This document shows positions 60,866 to 64,000 of a stretch of 64,000 nt of DNA, piece after piece (positions within the stretch are counted from its first letter, which is position 1; each line of letters opens with the position of its first letter). The position numbers and the translations under genes are program-made. The DNA comes from Podarcis pityusensis (taxonomy: Eukaryota): NCBI GenBank assembly GCA_964106645.2, contig OZ067044.1; one strand, written 5' to 3'. The notes beneath the pieces were generated by a model. That model ran no database searches and was not told the origin of the DNA. It was given only the letters and a program-made list of their open reading frames with translations.

Positions 60866-61779
60866 GGAAGCATGACTCCCTTTGGTACATAAGAGACAAC
60901 TGGCTTTAGAGGTTATTGATTAAAGCCAGGTAGGGAATTCCCTTGCCTTCTCTCCTTGCATTTGCTTACAGATAACTGTGCTTATTGTATGATTTTGAAC
61001 ATCCAACTTTATGAGAAGCCCTTTTATTGTTGAAGATACTGTGCTGTAATGGAAATCCCAGTGTTGACACAGTCACTTGTCCTGTGAAGGTGAAAAGAAA
61101 GCTTCTAATTATCCAAGTGCTCTTTTTCAACTTCTTACCTAGCTGGCTGATCTTTTTGTGTTTTGAATGAGCAGGTACACACTCTCCCCCGTGACAATGC
61201 ACCACATGAAGACCATAATAATCCAAGCTTGAGCCATACAATTCTTCCCCTTGCACATGGAGGCCACAAGCATCAGGATCTGACCTGATTAATGCAGTTC
61301 TTCCCCTTCTGTAAAAAGGAAGGGAAGGTGTCACACATTGGGCCCTCACAGGCTAATAATAATAACAATAATTTTATTTATACCCCGGCCGAGACCAGGC
61401 TCAGGGCGGCTAACACCAAACATATAACACATTAAAAACACAAAATCAAACAATTAGTTTAAAATACAATTCAAATCACATTTAAAATCAAAATTAAATT
61501 AAGTGAGAACCCATGAATCATAACCATAGGGATTAGGAATTAAAAGAATTTGCATAGAAAGACTGTGACGCAGGCCACATAAGGTTCACAGTTGTCTTCT
61601 GCCAACATAATGGAATCAAGGTAAGATGGGCCTCAGCTGGCTTATGAGGTTGTTAGTACAGTACCATTGGGTAAGAATGGCTGCCTCAACCATTCCTTTG
61701 TTAGGCAGATTTGCTGGTTGCTGCTATTTCATCAGTGGGGCTAACAGGAAATGGCTTCCTCATAGATGGAATCTCTTTA

Positions 61780-62151
61780 CATACCCTCCATCATTTCTGC
61801 GATAAAAATAGGGACACCCTCTTCCATACCCTCCAACATTTCTCCAATTTAAAATAGGGACATCCAGTGCTATTTTTCTAGAAAAATAGGTGCCAGAACT
61901 CACCATAAACGCCTCCTTTGTTACCTTATAATGGCAATGGTGCCTACCTGAGAGGTGCCGGAACAGAGTTCTGGTGAGTTCCAGCTGAAAAAAGCCCTGG
62001 TGACATCCTATTCCATACCCTCCAACATTTATCTGATGAAAATAAGGACATACTAAGGAAAAGTGGGACATTCCAGGATCAAATCAGAAACCAGGATGGC
62101 TTCTGTAAATCTGGGACTATCCCTGGAAAATAGGGACACTTGGAGGGTCTG
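61780..62151. mobile_element. hAT-like MITE with triplicated left end and nested hAT MITE (61865-61999)
   Basis: CATACCCTCCA..CATTT...AAAATAGGGACA unit x3. Right end TTGGAGGGTCTG. Nested element TSD GGGACATC (61857-61864) / GTGACATC (62000-62007). Confidence 0.8.
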
Positions 62152-62169
62152 TCTTTGTATCTTAGAAGG

Positions 62170-62468
62170 AGACAGCCATCTAAGCCTGGAGAAGATCCCT
62201 TCTAGATGAGGGAAAGGAGAGAAGGGATAGAGGGACATTAGGAGAATTAGAAGCAGAAAGAATGGGATTCTAGGTGAAACAAGTGTGCAGCTGCCTTGAA
62301 GGAGCACTTGTTTGCCTCTCCTCATGTTCTGCTTGTATATTTGTAAATAAAGCAAATATGACAAAGACTCTGTACCTCTCCAGTCCTCTCCTATCCACAG
62401 GAAACTAAACTCGGCAACACCATCTCTGGAACATCACACCACTTGGGGAAGGTGGGGTGCATTTAACA
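62170..62468 (+). mobile_element. Probable LTR fragment (R/U5)
   Basis: TGTATATTTGTAAATAAAGC..GGAAACTAAAC..CTGGAAC..GGGGTGCATTTAACA. Layout resembles 9600-9740 and it ends in CA. Confidence 0.45.
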
Positions 62469-62720
62469 ATAGATATTGAATACAATAAAACCTGTCTTTA
62501 GAACATTTGTAGCTCTCATTACCAATAAATGAGATATGTGGCGGGTGAGCGTTGTAACTTTTAAAACAAAACATATTTTAATTCAGCCTAAAATTTATCT
62601 TTTTAGAGGGATTCTTGTGTGTGTGACAGAGAGAAAGAGCATTTTCTGTTTGGTAATCTACTAAGGGTCTGATAACATTAATGGGCTTTGCCTCACACAG
62701 AGTTCTGAGTATATTGTACC

Positions 62721-62860
62721 NNNNNNNNNNNNNNNNNNNNNNNNNNNNNNNNNNNNNNNNNNNNNNNNNNNNNNNNNNNNNNNNNNNNNNNNNNNNNNNN
62801 NNNNNNNNNNNNNNNNNNNNNNNNNNNNNNNNNNNNNNNNNNNNNNNNNNNNNNNNNNNN
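62721..62860. other. Assembly gap (N run)
   Basis: Run of N. Confidence 1.
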
Positions 62861-64000
62861 ATACTCTTCCTTCTCTCTTGTCTTTCAGCCCATGTTCCCT
62901 TCTGCAGATTCTTGAAACAAAGGATAATACGTTACTTAGCTTTTTATTTTTATTTTTATTTTTATTTTAAAAGCACCCTATTTTGTTTCAGATGGCATCT
63001 TAAACAGGAAATTAGGTCAATTGCAAAGCTGTCCCTGTGTTTGCTTCGACATTGCTTTGCAAGTCATATGTTGCGTTTCAAAGCATTCAGAAGTTGTTAG
63101 TGTTGTGGGTGAGGGTGAAGCTGAATTTTTAAAAAATCTTGAGCGGCAGAGGGAAATTGAACAAAGGGAGAGAAAACTCTACAGTACCATCATAGCTGAC
63201 TTCCTATTGTTTCTCCAGTAACAAGAAGGCTTGCGATACAATATCAGAATGTTAGTTTTGCAATACTTCTTACAGAGGCAGGTGTTTTGCAGAAAGCCAT
63301 TATGACATCCATTGATGTTAATTCATTGCTTACTTATTAGATACATAATATATAACCTACCCCAGGTTGCTTCAATAGCTGGCAACATTTTGCAGAATGT
63401 CTAGCAAAGAACAATCATCCTTGCTTCTCTACCTCCACCCCAATTTCTTTTTAAACAAAAGATTGTAAGGCTGCGTACACAGTGCAAGTAATTGCACTTA
63501 AATATGAGAAAACATGCTACTTGAAAAATTGGCTATTTCTTTAAGAGACTTGTTTCAAGGAGGGTGGAAGGGGGCAGGGAGGAAGAAGGAGCACATAGAG
63601 AAGATTCTGTTGATGCTCCAGGCAGTTCTTGCGGAAGTTGATATGCAGAACTATGGAGCCACACCACCGGGGTCAGGCTCGTACCATCAGACCCTGCTTC
63701 CTTGTTTAATTACCTGAAGAGCAAAACATCCAATCTGGAAGTGTGTGAAAGTCCAGTATCTCTAGCTGCAGTTTGCTGCTCTGACATCCTGCAAAGCCAA
63801 CCCTGTCTGTCCACAAATGTCAGGGCCGGTTCCTGACAGTCGGCTATCTCTGCCCGGCCTGGGTTCCTTTCATTCAGGAGGTATTGTGTACAAGAGGGTT
63901 TGGTCAGGAATGTGAGGTTCCTGCCGGTGCTGTTCTCCCAGTCCTGACAACGCTGGCATAAAGGCTGGGGATTTTTTTTTTCCCCTTTCAAAAAAAAAAA

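Overview
Vertebrate genomic DNA, almost certainly a squamate and probably a lacertid lizard. This is inferred from Sauria/Squam1, Squam2-like, Squam3 and tRNA-Ile/CR1-tailed SINEs plus BovB. The window holds the 5' end of RUNX1T1 (ETO/MTG8) on the + strand. A CpG-island promoter and non-coding first exon lie at ~25.0-27.0 kb. A second promoter with alternative first exons lies at ~35.0-35.6 kb and includes the MCHPDKAFTSDKL... segment I recall from a human RUNX1T1 isoform. The MTG8b first coding exon is at 53763-53933 (MISVKRNTWRALSLVIGDCRKKGNFEFCQ, phase-1 donor), and the ORF track misses it. The remaining coding exons lie beyond the window. The first ~24 kb is intergenic and TE-rich: a decayed Gypsy pol with nested insertions, L1/L2 fragments, a Tigger1-like end, a Penelope fragment carrying a minimal hammerhead ribozyme motif, and MITEs. 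The 28-41 kb interval is comparatively TE-poor. There are four assembly gaps. Almost all ORFs in the supplied track are spurious; a few are TE remnants. I found no clear evidence of a wholly new system. The best leads are the hammerhead motif, the frame-shifted alternative RUNX1T1 exon (probable uORF), a TSD-bounded composite SINE and two long hairpins. Family and isoform identifications come from recalled sequences, not database searches.
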